The position numbers and the translations under genes were made by a program. This document shows positions 36,401 through 49,900 of a stretch of DNA of 64,000 nucleotides, one piece after another; the first letter of the stretch is position 1; each line of letters begins with the position of its first letter. Source of the stretch: Scyliorhinus canicula (taxonomy: Eukaryota); assembly GCF_902713615.1 (NCBI RefSeq), contig NC_052171.1:19689952-19753951 (forward strand), given 5' to 3'. The notes beneath the pieces were generated by a model that saw nothing but the letters and a program-made list of their open reading frames with translations, did not search any database and was not told where the DNA came from.

Positions 36401-39400
36401 CGGACCCTTTGCCCTCGGACCCTTTGCCCTCGGATTCTTTGCCCTCGGACTCTTTGCCCTCGGACTCTTTGCCCTCGGAGCCTTTGCCCTCGGAGCCTTT
36501 GCCCTCGGAGCCTTTGCACTCGGAGCCTTTGCCCTCGGATTCTTTGCCCTCGGACCCTTTGCCCTCGGAGTCCTCGCCCTCGGAGTCCTCGCCCTCGGAG
36601 TCCTCGCCCTCGTCTTCGCCCTCGGAGTCTTCGCCCTCGGAGTCTTCGCTCTCGGAGTCTTCGCTCTCGGAGTCTTCGCTCATGGAGTCTTCGCCCTCGG
36701 AGTCTTCGCCCTCGGAGTCTTCGCCCACGGAGTCTTCGCCCACGGAGTCTTCGCCCACGGAGTCTTCGCCCTCGGAGTCTTCGCCCTCGGAGTCTTCGCC
36801 CTCGGAGTCTTCGCCCTCGGAGTCTTCGCCCTCGGAGTCTTCGCCCTCGGAGTCTTCGCCCTCGGAGTCTTTGCCCTTGGAGTCTTCGCTCAATTGGACC
36901 CTTGGCCCTCGGACCCTTGGCCATCGGACCCTTGGCCCTCGGACTCTTCTCCCTCGGACTCTTCTCCCTCGGACTCTTCTCCCTCGGACTCTTCTCCCTC
37001 GGACTCTTCTCCCTCGGAGTCTTCGCCCTCGGAGTCTTCGCCCTCGGAGTCTTCGCCCTCGGAGTCTTCGCCCTCGGAGTTTTCGCCCTCGGAGTCTTCG
37101 CCCTCGGAGTCCTCGCCCTCGGAGTCCTCGCCCTCGGAGTCCTCGCCCTCGGAGTCCTCGCCCTCGGAGTCCTCGCCCTCGGAGTCCTCGCCCTCGGAGT
37201 CCTCGCCCTCGGAGTCCTCGCCCTCGGAGTCCTCGCCCTCGGAGTCCTCGCCCTCGGAGTCCTCGCCCTCGGAGTCCTCGCCCTCGGAGTCTTCGCTCAT
37301 GGAGTCTTCGCCCTCGGAGTCTTCGCCCTCGGAGTCTTCGCCCTCGGAGTCTTCGCCCTCGGAGTCTTCGCCCTCGGAGTCTTCGCCCTCGGAGTCATCG
37401 CCCTCGGAGTCATCGCCCTCGGAGTCATCGCCCTCGGAGTCTTCGCCCTTGGAGTCTTCGCTCAATTGGACCCTTGGCCCTCGGACCCTTGGCCCTCGGA
37501 CTCTTCTCCCTCGGACTCTTCTCCCTCGGACTCTTCTCCCTCGGACTCTTCTCCCTCGGAGTCTTCGCCCTCGGAGTCCTCGCCCTCGGAGTCCTCGCCC
37601 TCGGAGTCCTCGCCCTCGGAGTCCTCGCCCTCGGAGTCCTCGCCCTCGGAGTCCTCGCCCTCGGAGTCCTCGCCCTCGGAGTCCTCGCTCATGGAGTCTT
37701 CGCCCTCGGAGTCTTCGCCCTCGGAGTCTTCGCCCTCGGAGTCTTCGCCCTCGGAGTCTTCGCCCTCGGAGTCTTCGCCCTCGGAGTCATCGCCCTCGGA
37801 GTCATCGCCCTCGGAGTCATCGCCCTCGGAGTCTTCGCCCTTGGAGTCTTCGCTCAATTGGACCCTTGGCCCTCGGACCCTTGGCCCTCGGACTCTTCTC
37901 CCTCGGACTCTTCTCCCTCGGACTCTTCTCCCTCGGACTCTACTCCCTCGGAGTCTTCGCCCTCGGAGTCTTCGCCCTCGGAGCCTTCGCCCTCGGAGCC
38001 TTCGCCCTCGGAGCCTTCGCCCTCGGAGCCTTCGCCCTCGGAGTCTTCTCCCTCTGTCTTCTCCCTCTGAGTCTTCTCCCTCTGAGTCTTCTCCCTCTGA
38101 GTCTTCTCCCTCTGAGTCTTCTCCCTCTGAGTCTTCTCCCTCTGAGTCTTCTCCCTCTGAGTCTTCTCCCTCTGAGTCGTCTCCCTCTGAGTCTTCTCCC
38201 TCGGACTCTTCTCCCTCGGACTCTTCTCCCTCAGACTCTTCTCCCTCGACTCTTCTCCCTCGGACTCTTCTGCCTCGGACTCTTCTGCCTCGGACTCTTC
38301 TGCCTCGGACTCCTCCCTCGGACTCTTCTCCCTCGGACTCTTCTCCCTCGGACTCTTTTCCCTCGGACTCCTTTCCCTCGGACTCCTTTCCCTCGGACTC
38401 TTCTCCCTCGGACTCTTCTCCCTCGGACTCTTCGCCCTCGGACTCTTCGCCCTCGGAGTCTTCGCCCTCGGAGACTTCGCCCTCGGAGTCTTCGCCCTCG
38501 GAGTCTTCGCCCTCGGAGACTTCGCCCTCGGAGTCTTCGCCCTCGGACTCTCGCCCTCGGACTCTCCGCCCTCGGACTCTCCGCCCTCGGACACTCCGCC
38601 CTCGGACTCTTCGCCCTCGGACTCTTCGCCCTCGGAGACTTCGCCCTCGGACTCATCGCCCTCGGACTCTTCGCCCTCGGACTCTTCGCCCTGGGACTCA
38701 TCGCCCTCGGACACTTCGCCCTCGGACTCTACGCCCTCGGACTCTACGCCCTCGGACTCTTCGCCCTCGGACTCTTCGCCCTCGGACTCTTCGCCCTCGG
38801 ACTCTTCGCCCTCGGACTCTTCGCCCTCGGACCCTTGGCCCTCGGACCCTTTGCCCTCGGACCCTTTGCCCTCGGACCCTTTGCCCTCGGACTCTTTGCC
38901 CTCGGACTCTTTGCCCTCGGACTCTTTGCCCTCGGACTCTTTGCCCTCGGACTGCCCTCGCAGTCTTTGCCCTCGCAGTCTTTGCCCTCGCAGTCTTTGC
39001 CCTCGCAGTCTTTGCCCTCGGAGTCTTTGCCCTCGGAGTCTTTGCCCTCGGAGTCTTTGCCCTCGGAGTCTTTGCCCTCGGAGTCTTTGCCCTCGGACTC
39101 TTTGCCCTCGGACCCTTGGCCCTCGGACCCTTTGCCCTCGGACCCTTTGCCCTCGGACCCTTTGCCCTCGGACCCTTTGCCCTCGGACACTTTGCCCTCG
39201 GACCCTTTGCCCTCGGACTCTTTGCCCTCGGAGTCTTTGCCCTCGGACGCTTCGCCCTCGGACTCTTGGCCCTCGGACTCTTGGCCCTCGGAGTCTTCGC
39301 CCTCGGAGTCTTCGCCCTCGGAGTCTTCGCCCTCGGAGTCTTCGCCCTCGGAGTCTTCGCCCTCGGAGTCTTCGCCCTCGGAGTCTTCGCCCTCGGAGCC

Positions 39401-41332
39401 TTCGCCCTCGGACCCTTTGCCCTCGGACCCTTTGCCCTCGGACCCTTGGCCCTCGGACCCTTCGGCCTTGAAGCCATCGACTTCGGAGTCTTTGCCCAAG
39501 TGGAGCCTTCGCCCTCGGACCCTTCACCCTTGGAGACCCAGCAGTGGGGCTCTCAGCACCAGGAGATACCTAGCGTCTGACAACTTCCAGTGCCAGCGAC
39601 CCCCAGCTCCCGGAACCCGACCTCGCAGCCGGAGCGTCCCAGTACCCGGTGCACCCCAGTTCCAGGAGAGACCCAGCATCCGGAGAGCCACCGTCCGGCG
39701 ACCCCCATCCCCGGCGACCCAGCGCACCCTAGAACCCGGCGAGCTCTTGGAGTCTTTGCCCTCGGAGTTTTGCCCTCCGGAGTCTTCGCCCTCGGAGTCT
39801 TCACTCTCGGAGTCTTCGCCCTCGGAGTCTTCGCCCTCGGAGTCTTCGCCCTCGGAGTCTTCGCCCTCGGAGTCTTCGCCCTCGGAGTCTTCGCCCTCGG
39901 AGTCTTCGCCCTCGGAGTCTTCGCCCTCGGAGTCTTTGCCCTCGGAGTCTTTGCCCTCGGATTTGCCCTCGGAGTCTTTGCCCTCGGACTCTTGGCCCTC
40001 GGACCCTTTGCCCTCGGACCCTTTGCCCTCGGACCCTTTGCCCTCGGACCCTTTGCCCTCGGACCCTTTGCCCTCGGACCCTTTGCCCTCGGAGTCTTTG
40101 CCCTCGGACGCTTCGCCCTCGGACTCTTGGCCCTCGGACTCTTGGCCCTCGGACTCTTGGCCCTCGGAGTCTTCGCCCTCGGAGTCTTCGCCCTCGGAGT
40201 CTTCGCCCTCGGAGTCTTCGCCCTCGGAGTCTTCGCCCTCGGAGTCTTCGCCCTCGGAGTCTTCGCCCTCGGAGTCTTCGCCCTCGGACCCTTTGCCCTC
40301 GGACCCTTGGCCCTCGGACCCTTCGGCCTTGAAGCCATCGACTTCGGAGTCTTTGCCCAAGTGGAGCCTTCGCCCTCGGACCCTTCACCCTTGGAGACCC
40401 AGCAGTGGGGGTCTCAGCACCAGGAGATACCTAGCGTCTGACAACCTCCAGTGCCAGCGACCCCCAGCTCCCGGAACCCGACCTCGCAGCCGGAGCGTCC
40501 CAGTACCCGGTGCACCCCAGTTCCAGGAGAGACCCAGCATCCGGAGAGCCACCGTCCGGCGACCCCCATCCCCGGCGACCCAGCGCACCCTAGAACCCGG
40601 CGAGCTCTTGGAGTCTTTGCCCTCGGCGTTTTGCCCTCCGGAGTCTTCGCCCTCGGAGTCTTCGCCCTCGGAGTCTTGGCCCTCGGAGTCTTGGCCCTCG
40701 GAGTCTTGGCCCTCGGAGTCTTTGCCCTCGGAGTCTTTGCCCTCGGAGTCTTTGCCCTCGCAGTCTTGGCCCTCGCAGTCTTGGCCCTCGGAGTCTTGGC
40801 CCTCGGAGTCTTGGCCCTCGGAGTCTTGGCCCTCGGAGTCTTGGCCCTCGGAGTCTTGGCCCTCGGAGTCTTGGCCCTCGGAGTCTTGGCCCTCGGACCC
40901 TTTGCCCTCGGACCCTTTGCCCTCGGACCCTTTGCCCTCGGACTCTTTGCCCTCGGACTCTTTGCCCTCGGACCCTTTTCCCTCGGACCCTTTTCCCTCG
41001 GACTCTGCCCTCGGACCCTTTGCCCTCGGACCCTTTGCCCTCGGACCCTTTGCCCTCGGACCCTTTGCCCTCGGACTCTTTGCCCTCGGACTCTTTGCCC
41101 TCGGACTCTTTGCCCTCGGACACTTTGCCCTCGGACCCTTTGCCCTCGGACTCTTTGCCCTCGGACTCTTTGCCCTCGGGCCCTTGTTCCTCGGACCCTT
41201 GGCCCTCGGACCCTTTGCCCTCGGACCCTTTGCCCTCGGACCCTTTGCCCTCGGAGTCTTTGCCCTCGGAGTCTTTGCCCTCGGAGTCTTTGCCCTCGGA
41301 GTCTTTGCCCTCGGAGTTTTCGCCCTCGGAGT

Positions 41333-41669
41333 CATAGAACAGTACAGCACAGAACAGGCCCTTCGGCCCTCAATGTTGTGCCGAGCCATGATCACCCTAC
41401 TCAAACCCACATATCCACCCTATACCCGTAACCCAACAACCCCCCCCTAACCTTACATTTATTAGGACACTACGGGCAATTTAGCATGGCCAATCCACCT
41501 AACCCGCACATCTTTGGACTGTGGGAGGAAACCGGAGCACCCGGAGGAAACCCACGCACACAGTGGGAGGACGTGCAGACTCCACACAGACAGTGACCCA
41601 GCCGGGAATCGAACCTGGGACCCTGGAGCTGTGAAGCTTTATGCTAACCACCATGCTACCCTGCTGCCC
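41333..41669 (-). mobile_element. SINE inside the array, copy 1
   Basis: HE1-like with ctatgtt-type tail; flanks gagttttcgccctcggagtc / gtctttgccc. Confidence 0.93.
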
Positions 41670-44600
41670 TGTCTTTGCCCTCGGAGTCTTTGCCCTCGGA
41701 GTCTTTGCCCTCGGAGTCTTTGCCGTCGGAGTCTTTGCCGTCGGAGTCTTTGCCCTCGGAGTCTTGGCCCTCGGAGTCTTGGCCCTCGGAGTCTTGGCCC
41801 TCGGAGTCTTGGCCCTCGGAGTCTTGGCCCTCGGAGTCTTGGCCCTCGGACACTTCGCCCTCGGAGTCTTGGCCCTCGGAGTCTTGGCCCTCGGAGTCTT
41901 GGCCCTCGGAGTCTTGGCCCTCGGAGTCTTGGCCCTCGGAGTCTTGGCCCTCGGAGTCTTGGCCCTCGGAGTCTTGGCCCTCGGAGTCTTGGCCCTCGGA
42001 CCCTTTGCCCTGGGACCCTTGACCCTCGAACTCTTTGCCCTCGGACTCTTTGCCCTCGGACTCTTTGCCCTCGGACTCTTTGCCCTCGGACTCTTTGCCC
42101 TCGGACTCTTTGCCCTCGGACTCTTTGCCCTCGGACTCTTTGCCCTCGGACTCTTTGCCCTCGGACTCTTTGCCCTCGGACTGCCCTCGCAGTCTTTGCC
42201 CTCGGACTCTTTGCCCTCGGACTCTTTGCCCTCGAACTCTTTGCCCTCGAACTCTTTGCCCTCGAACTCTTTGCCCTCGGACTCTTTGCCCTCGGACTCT
42301 GCCCTCGGACTCTGTGCCCTCGGACTCTTTGTCCTCGGACTCTTTGCCCTCGGACTCTTTGCCCTCGGACTCTTTGCCCTCGGACTCTTTGCCCTCGGAC
42401 TCTTTGCCCTCGGACTCTTTGCCCTCGGACTCTTTGCCCTCGGACTCTTGGCCCTCGGAGTCTTTGCCCTCGGACTCTTTGCCCTCGGACCCTTTGCCCT
42501 CGGACACTTTGCCCTCGGAGTCTTTGCCCTTGGACACTTTGCCCTTGGACACTTTGCCCTGGGACCCTTGGCCCTGGGACCCTTGGCCCTCGGAGTCTTT
42601 GCCCTCGGAGTCTTTGCCCTCGGAGTCTTTGCCCTCGGACTCTTTGCCCTCGGAGTCCTTGCCCTCGGACTCTTTGCCCTCGGAGTCTTTGCCCTCGGAG
42701 TCTTTGTCCTCGGACCCTTGGCCCTCGGACCCTTGGCCCTCGGACCCTTTGCCCTCGGACCCTTTGCCCTCGGAGTCTTTGCCCTCGGAGTCTGCCCTCG
42801 GAGTCTTTGCCCTCGGAGTCTTTGCCCTCGGACCCTTTGCCCTCGGACCCTTTGCCCTCGGACCCTTTGCCCTCGGACCCTTTGCCCTCGGACCCTTTGC
42901 CCTCGGACCCTTTGCCCTCGGACCCTTTGCCCTCGGACCCTTTGCCCTCGGACCCTTTGCCCTCGGACTCTTTGCCCTCGGACTCTTTGCCCTCGGACCC
43001 TTTGCCCTCGGAGTCTTTGCCCTCGGACACTTCGCCCTCGGACCCTTCGCCCTCGGACCCTTCGCCCTCGCAGTCTTCGCCCTCGGACCTTTGGCCCTCG
43101 GACCCTTGGCCCTCTGACCCATCGCCTCCGGAGCCTTCGCCCAATTGGATCCTTCACCCTTAGAGACCCAGCAGTGGGGGTCACAGCACCAGAAGCGTCT
43201 GACAACCTCCGCCGACCCCCAGCTCCCGGAACCCGACCTCGCAGCCGGAGCGTCCCAGTGCCCGGTGCACCCCAGTTCCAGGAGAGACCCAGCACCCGGA
43301 GAGCCACCGTCCGGCGACCCCCATCCCCGGTGACCCAGCGCACCCTAGAACCCGGCGAGCTCTTGGAGACTTCGCCCTCGGAGTCTTCGCCCTCGGAGTC
43401 TTCGCCCTCGGAGTCTTCGCCCTCGAAGTCTTCGCCCTCGGAGTCTTCGCCCTCGGAGTCTTCGCCCTTGAGTCTTCGCCCTCGGAGTCTTCGCCCTCGG
43501 AGTCTTCGTCCTCGGAGTCTTTGTTCTCGGAGTCTTCGCCCTCGCAGTCTTCGCCCTCGGAACTTCACCCTTGGACCCTTGGCCCTTGAAGCCATCGACT
43601 TCGGAGTCTTTGCCCAATGGGAGCCTTTGCCCAATTGGAGCCTTGACCCTTTGAGACTTCGCCTTCGGACCCATCGCCTTCGGAGCCTTCGCCCAATTGG
43701 ACCCTTCGCCCTTGGAGACCCAGCAGTGGGGGTCTCAGCACCAGGAGAGACCTAGCGTCTGACGGCCTCCAGCGCCAGCGACCCCCAGCTCCCGGAACCC
43801 GACCTCGCAGCCGGAGCGTCCCAGTACCCGGTGCACCCCAGTTCCAGGAGAGACCCAGCACCCGGAGAGCCACCGTCCGGCGACCCCCATCCCCGGCGAC
43901 CCAGCGCACCCTAGAACCCGGCAAGCTCTTGGAGTCTTCGCCCTCGGAGTCTTCGCCCTCGGAGTCTTCGCCCTCGGAGTCTTCGCCCTCGGAGTCTTCG
44001 CCCTCGGAGTCTTCGCCCTCGGAGTCTTCGCCCTCGGACTCTTTGCCCTCGGACTCTTTGCCCTCGGACTCTTTGCCCTCGGACTCTTTGCCCTCGGACT
44101 CTTTGCCCTCGGACTCTTTGCCCTCGGACTCTTTGCCCTCGGACTCTTTGCCCTCGGACTCTTTGCCCTCGGAGTCTTTGCCCTCGGAGTCTTTGCCCTC
44201 GGAGTCTTTGCCCCTCGGAGTCTCTGCCCTCGGAGTCTCTGCCCTCGGAGTCTCTGCCCTCGGAGTCTCTGCCCTCGGAGTCTCTGCCCTCGGAGTCTCT
44301 GCCCTCGGAGTCTCTGCCCTCGGAGTCTCTGCCCTCGGAGTCTCTGCCCTCGGAGTCTCTGCCCTCGGAGTCTCTGCCCTCGGAGTCTCTGCCCTCGGAG
44401 TCTCTGCCCTCGGAGTCTCTGGCCTCGGAGTCTCTGCCCTCGGAGTCTCTGCCCTCGGAGTCATTGCCCTCGGAGTCTGCCCTCGGACCCTTTGCCCTCG
44501 GACCCTTTGCCCTCGGACTCTTTGCCCTCGGACTCTTTGCCCTCGGACTCTTTGCCCTCGGACTCTTTGCCCTCGGACTCTTTGCCCTCGGACTCTTTGC

Positions 44601-45457
44601 CCTCGGACTCTTTGCCCTCGGAGTCTGTGCCCTCGGAGTCTCTGCCCTCGGAGCCTTTGCCCTCGGACTCTTTGCCCTCGGAGTCTTTGCCCTCGGAGTC
44701 TTTGCCCTCGGAGTCTTTGCCCTCGGACCCTTTGCCCTCGGACCCTTTGCCCTCGGACCCTTTGCCCTCGGACCCTTTGCCCTCGGACCCTTTGCCCTCG
44801 GACCCTTTGCCCTCGGACCCTTTGCCCTCGGACCCTTCGCCCTTGAAGCCATCGACTTCGGAGTCTTTGCCCAAGTGGAGCCTTCGCCCTCGGACCCTTC
44901 ACCCTTGGAGACCCAGCAGTGGGGGTCTCAGCACCAGGAGAGACCTAGCGTCTGACGGCCTCCAGCGCCAGCGACCCCCAGCTCCCGGAACCCGACCTCG
45001 CAGCCGGAGCGTCCCAGTACCCGGTGCACCCCAGTTCCAGGAGAGACCCAGCACCCGGAGAGCCACCGTCCGGCGACCCCCATCCCCCGGCGACCCAGTG
45101 TGCCCGAGAACCCGGCGAGCTCTTGGAGTCTTCGCCCTCGGAGTTTTCGCTCTTGGAGTCTTTGCCCTCGGAGTTTTGCCCTCGGAGTCTTAGCCCTCGG
45201 AGTCTTAGCCCTCGGAGTCTTAGCCCTCGGAGTCTTAGCCCTCGGAGTCTTAGCCCTCGGACCCTTTTCCCTCGGACCCTTTTCCCTCGGACCCTTTTCC
45301 CTCGGACTCTGCCCTTGGACTCTTTGCCCTCGGACTCTTTGCCCTCGGACTCTTTGCCCTCGGACTCTTTGCCCTCGGACTCTTTGCCCTCGGACTCTTT
45401 GCCCTCGGACGCTTCGCCCTCGGACTCTTTGCCCTCGGAGTTTTCGCCCTCGGAGTC

Positions 45458-45793
45458 ATAGAACATAGAACAGTACAGCACAGAACAGGCCCTTCGGCCC
45501 TCAATGTTGTGCCGAGCAATGATCACCCTACTCAAACCCACGTATCCACCCTATACCCGTAACCCAACAACCCCCCCCCTAACCTTACATTTATTAGGAC
45601 ACTACGGGCAATTTAGCATGGCCAATCCACCTAACCCGCACATCTTTGGACTGTGGGAGGAAACCGGAGCACCCGGAGGAAACCCACGCACACAGGGGGA
45701 GGACGTGCAGACTCCGTACAGACAGTGACCCAAGCCGGAATCGAACCTGGGACCCTGGAGCTGTGAAGCTTTATGCTGACCACCCTGCTGCCC
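45458..45793 (-). mobile_element. SINE inside the array, copy 2
   Basis: Same left flank as copy 1; small deletion in the head. Confidence 0.93.
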
Positions 45794-46575
45794 TGTCTTG
45801 CCCTCGGAGTCTTTGCCCTCGGAGTCTTTGCCCTCGGAGTCTTTGCCCTCGGAGTCTTTGCCCTCGGAGTCTTTGCCCTCGGAGTCTTTGCCCTCGGAGT
45901 CTTTGCCCTCGGAGTCTTGGCCCTCGGAGTCTTGGCCCTCGGAGTCTTGGCCCTCGGAGTCTTGGCCCTCGGACACTTTGCCCTCGGAGTCTTGGCCCTC
46001 GGAGTCTTGGCCCTCGGAGTCTTGGCCCTCGGAGTCTTGGCCCTCGGAGTCTTGGCCCTCGGAGTCTTGGCCCTCGGAGTCTTGGCCCTCGGACCCTTTG
46101 CCCTCGGACTCTTTGCCCTCGGGCCCTTGTTCCTCGGACCCTTGGCCCTCGGACCCTTTGCCTTCGGACCCTTTGCCCTCGGACCCTTTGCCCTCGGACC
46201 CTTTGCCCTCGGACCCTTTGCCCTCAGACCCTTTGCCCTCGGACCCTTTGCCCTCGGACTCTTTGCCCTCGGACCCTTTGCCCTCGGACCCTTTGCCCTC
46301 GGACCCTTTGCCATTGGACCCTTTGCCCTCGGACTCTTTGCCCTCGGGCCCTTGTTCCTCGGACCCTTGGCCCTCGGACCCTTTGCCCTCGGACCCTTTG
46401 CCCTCGGACCCTTTGCCCTCGGACCCTTTGCCCTCGGACCCTTTGCCCTCGGACCCTTTGCCCTCGGAGTCTTTGCCCTCGGAGTCCTTGCCCTCGGAGT
46501 CTTTGCCCTCGGAGTCTTTGCCCTCGGAGTCTTCGCCCTCGGAGTCTTCGCCCTCGGAGTTTTCGCCCTCGGAGT

Positions 46576-46919
46576 CATAGAACATAGAACAGTACAGCAC
46601 AGAACAGGCCCTTCGGCCCTCAATGTTGTGCCGAGCCATGATCACCCTACTCAAACCCACATATCCACCCTATACCCGTAACCCAACAACCCCCCCCTAA
46701 CCTTACATTTATTAGGACACTACGGGCAATTTAGCATGGCCAATCCACCTAACCCGCACATCTTTGGACTGTGGGAGGAAACCGGAGCACCCGGAGGAAA
46801 CCCACGCACACAGGGGGAGGACGTGCAGACTCCACACAGACAGTGACCCAGCCGGGAATCGAACCTGGGACCCTGGAGCTGTGAAGCTTTATGCTAACCA
46901 CCATGCTACCCTGCTGTCC
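46576..46919 (-). mobile_element. SINE inside the array, copy 3
   Basis: Same flanks as copy 1. Confidence 0.93.
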
Positions 46920-49900
46920 TGTCTTTGCCCTCGGAGTCTTTGCCCTCGGAGTCTTTGCCCTCGGAGTCTTTGCCCTCGGAGTCTTTGCCCTCGGAGTCTT
47001 TGCCCTCGGAGTCTTGGCCCTCGGAGTCTTGGCCCTCGGAGTCTTGGCCCTCGGAGTCTTGGCCCTCGGAGTCTTGGCCCTCGGAGTCTTGGCCCTCGGA
47101 GTCTTGGCCCTCGGACACTTCGCCCTCGGAGTCTTGGCCCTCGGAGTCTTGGCCCTCGGAGTCTTGGCCCTCGGAGTCTTGGCCCTCGGAGTCTTGGCCC
47201 TCGGAGTCTTGGCCCTGGGACCCTTTGCCCTGGGACCCTTTGCCCTGGGACCCTTTGCCCTGGGACCCTTGACCCTCGAACTCTTTGCCCTCGGACTCTT
47301 TGCCCTCGGACTCTTTGCCCTCGGACTCTTTGCCCTCGGACTCTTTGCCCTCGGACTCTTTGCCCTCGGACTGCCCTCGCAGTCTTTGCCCTCGGACTCT
47401 TTGCCCTCGAACTCTTTGCCCTCGAACTCTTTGCCCTCGAACTCTTTGCCCTCGAACTCTTTGCCCTCGGACTCTTTGCCCTCGGACTCTGCCCTCGGAC
47501 TCTGTGCCCTCGGACTCTTTGCCCTCGGACCCTTTGCCCTCGGATACTTTGCCCTCTGACTCTTTGCCCTCGGACTCTTTGCCCTCGGACTCTTTGCCCT
47601 CGGACTCTTTGCCCTCGGACTCTTGGCCCTCGGACTCTTGGCCCTCGGACTCTTTGCCCTCGGACTCTTTGCCCTCGGACCCTTTGCCCTCGGATACTTT
47701 GCCCTCGGAGTCTTTGCCCTCGGACACTTTGCCCTTGGACACTTTGCCCTGGGACCCTTGGCCCTGGGACCCTTGGCCCTCGGACCCTTTGCCCTCGGAG
47801 TCTTTGCCCTCGGACTCTTTGCCCTCGGAGTCCTTGCCCTCGGACTCTTTGCCCTCGGAGTCTTTGCCCTCGGAGTCTTTGTCCTCGGACCCTTGGCCCT
47901 CGGACCCTTGGCCCTCGGACCCTTTGCCCTCGGACCCTTTGCCCTCGGAGTCTTTGCCCTCGGAGTCTGCCCTCGGACCCTTTGCCCTCGGACCCTTTGC
48001 CCTCGGACCCTTTGCCCTCGGACCCTTTGCCCTCGGACCCTTTGCCCTCGGACCCTTTGCCCTCGGACCCTTTGCCCTCGGACTCTTTGCCCTCGGACTC
48101 TTTCCCCTCGGACTCTTTGCCCTCGGACCCTTTGCCCTCGGAGTCTTTGCCCTCGGACCCTTCGCCCTCGGACCCTTCGCCCTCGGACCGTTTGCCCTCG
48201 GACCCTTCGCCCTCGCAGTCTTCGCCCTCGGACCTTTGGCCCTCGGACCCTTGGCCCTCTGACCCATCGCCTTCGGAGCCTTCGCCCAATTGGATCCTTC
48301 ACCCTTAGAGACCCAGCAGTGGGGGTCACAGCACCAGAAGCGTCTGACAACCTCCGCCGACCCCCAGCTCCCGGAACCCGACCTCGCAGCCGGAGCGTCC
48401 CAGTGCCCGGTGCACCCCAGTTCCAGGAGAGACCCAGCACCCGGAGAGCCACCGTCCGGCGACCCCCATCCCCGGTGACCCAGCGCGCCCTAGAACCCGG
48501 CGAGCTCTTGGAGTCTTTGCCCTCGGAGTTTTCGCCCTCCGGAGTCTTCGCCCTCGGAGACTTCGCCCTCGGAGTCTTCGCCCTCGGAGTCTTCGCCCTC
48601 GGAGTCTTCGCCCTCGGAGTCTTCGGCCTCGGAGTCTTCGCCCTCGGAGTCTTCGTCCTCGGAGTCTTCGTCCTCGGAGTCTTCGCCCTCGCAGTCTTCG
48701 CCCTCGGAACTTCACCCTTGGACCCTTGGCCCTTGAAGCCATCGACTTCGGAGTCTTTGCCCAATGGGAGCCTTTGCCCAATTGGAGCCTTGACCCTTTG
48801 AGACTTCGCCTTCGGACCCATCGCCTTCGGAGCCTTCGCCCAATTGGACCCTTCGCCCTTGGAGACCCAGCAGTGGGGGTCTCAGCACCAGGAGAGACCT
48901 AGCGTCTGACGGCCTCCAGCGCCAGCGACCCCCAGCTCCCGGAACCCGACCTCGCAGCCGGAGCGTCCCAGTACCCGGTGCACCCCAGTTCCAGGAGAGA
49001 CCCAGCACCCGGAGAGCCACCGTCCGGCGACCCCCATCCCCGGCGACCCAGCGCACCCTAGAACCCGGCGAGCTCTTGGAGTCTTTGCCCTCGGAGTCTT
49101 TGCCCTCGGAGTCTTCGCCCTCGGAGTCTTTGCCCTCGGAATCTTTGCCCTCGGAGTCTTCGCCCTCGGAGTCTTCGCCCTCGGAGTCTTCGCCCTCGGA
49201 GTCTTCGCCCTCGGAGTCTTCGCCCTCGGAGTCTTTGCCCTCGGAGTCTTTGCCCTCGGACCCTTTGCCCTCGGACCCTTTGCCCTCGGACCCTTTGCCC
49301 TCGGACCCTTTGCCTTCGGACCCTTTGCCCTCGGACCCTTTGCCCTCGGACCCTTTGCCCTCGGACCCTTTGCCCTCGGACCCTTTGCCTTCGGACCCTT
49401 TGCCTTCGGACCCTTTGCCCTCGGAGTCTTTGCCCTCGGAGTCTTTGCCCTCGGAGTCTTTGCCCTCGGACTTTGCCCTCGGACTCTATGCCCTCGGACT
49501 CTTTGCCCTCGGACTCTTTGCCCTCGGACTCTTTGCCCTCGGACTCTTTGCCCTCGGACCCTTTGCCCTCGGACCCTTTGCCCTCGGACCCTTTGCCCTC
49601 GGACCCTTTGCCCTCGGAGTCTTTGCCCTCGGAGTCTTTGCCCTCGGACCCTTTGCCCTCGGACCCTTTGCCCTCGGACCCTTTGCCCTCGGACTCTTTG
49701 CCCTCGGACTCTTTGCCCTCGGACTCTTTGCCCTCGGGCCCTTGGCCCACGGACCCTTTGCCCTCGGACCCTTTGCCCTCGGACCCTTTGCCCTCGGACC
49801 CTTTGCCCTCGAACCCTTTGCCCTCGGACCCTTTGCCCTCGGACCCTTTGCCCTCGGACCCTTTGCCCTCGGACCCTTTGCCCTCGGACCCTTTGCCCTC

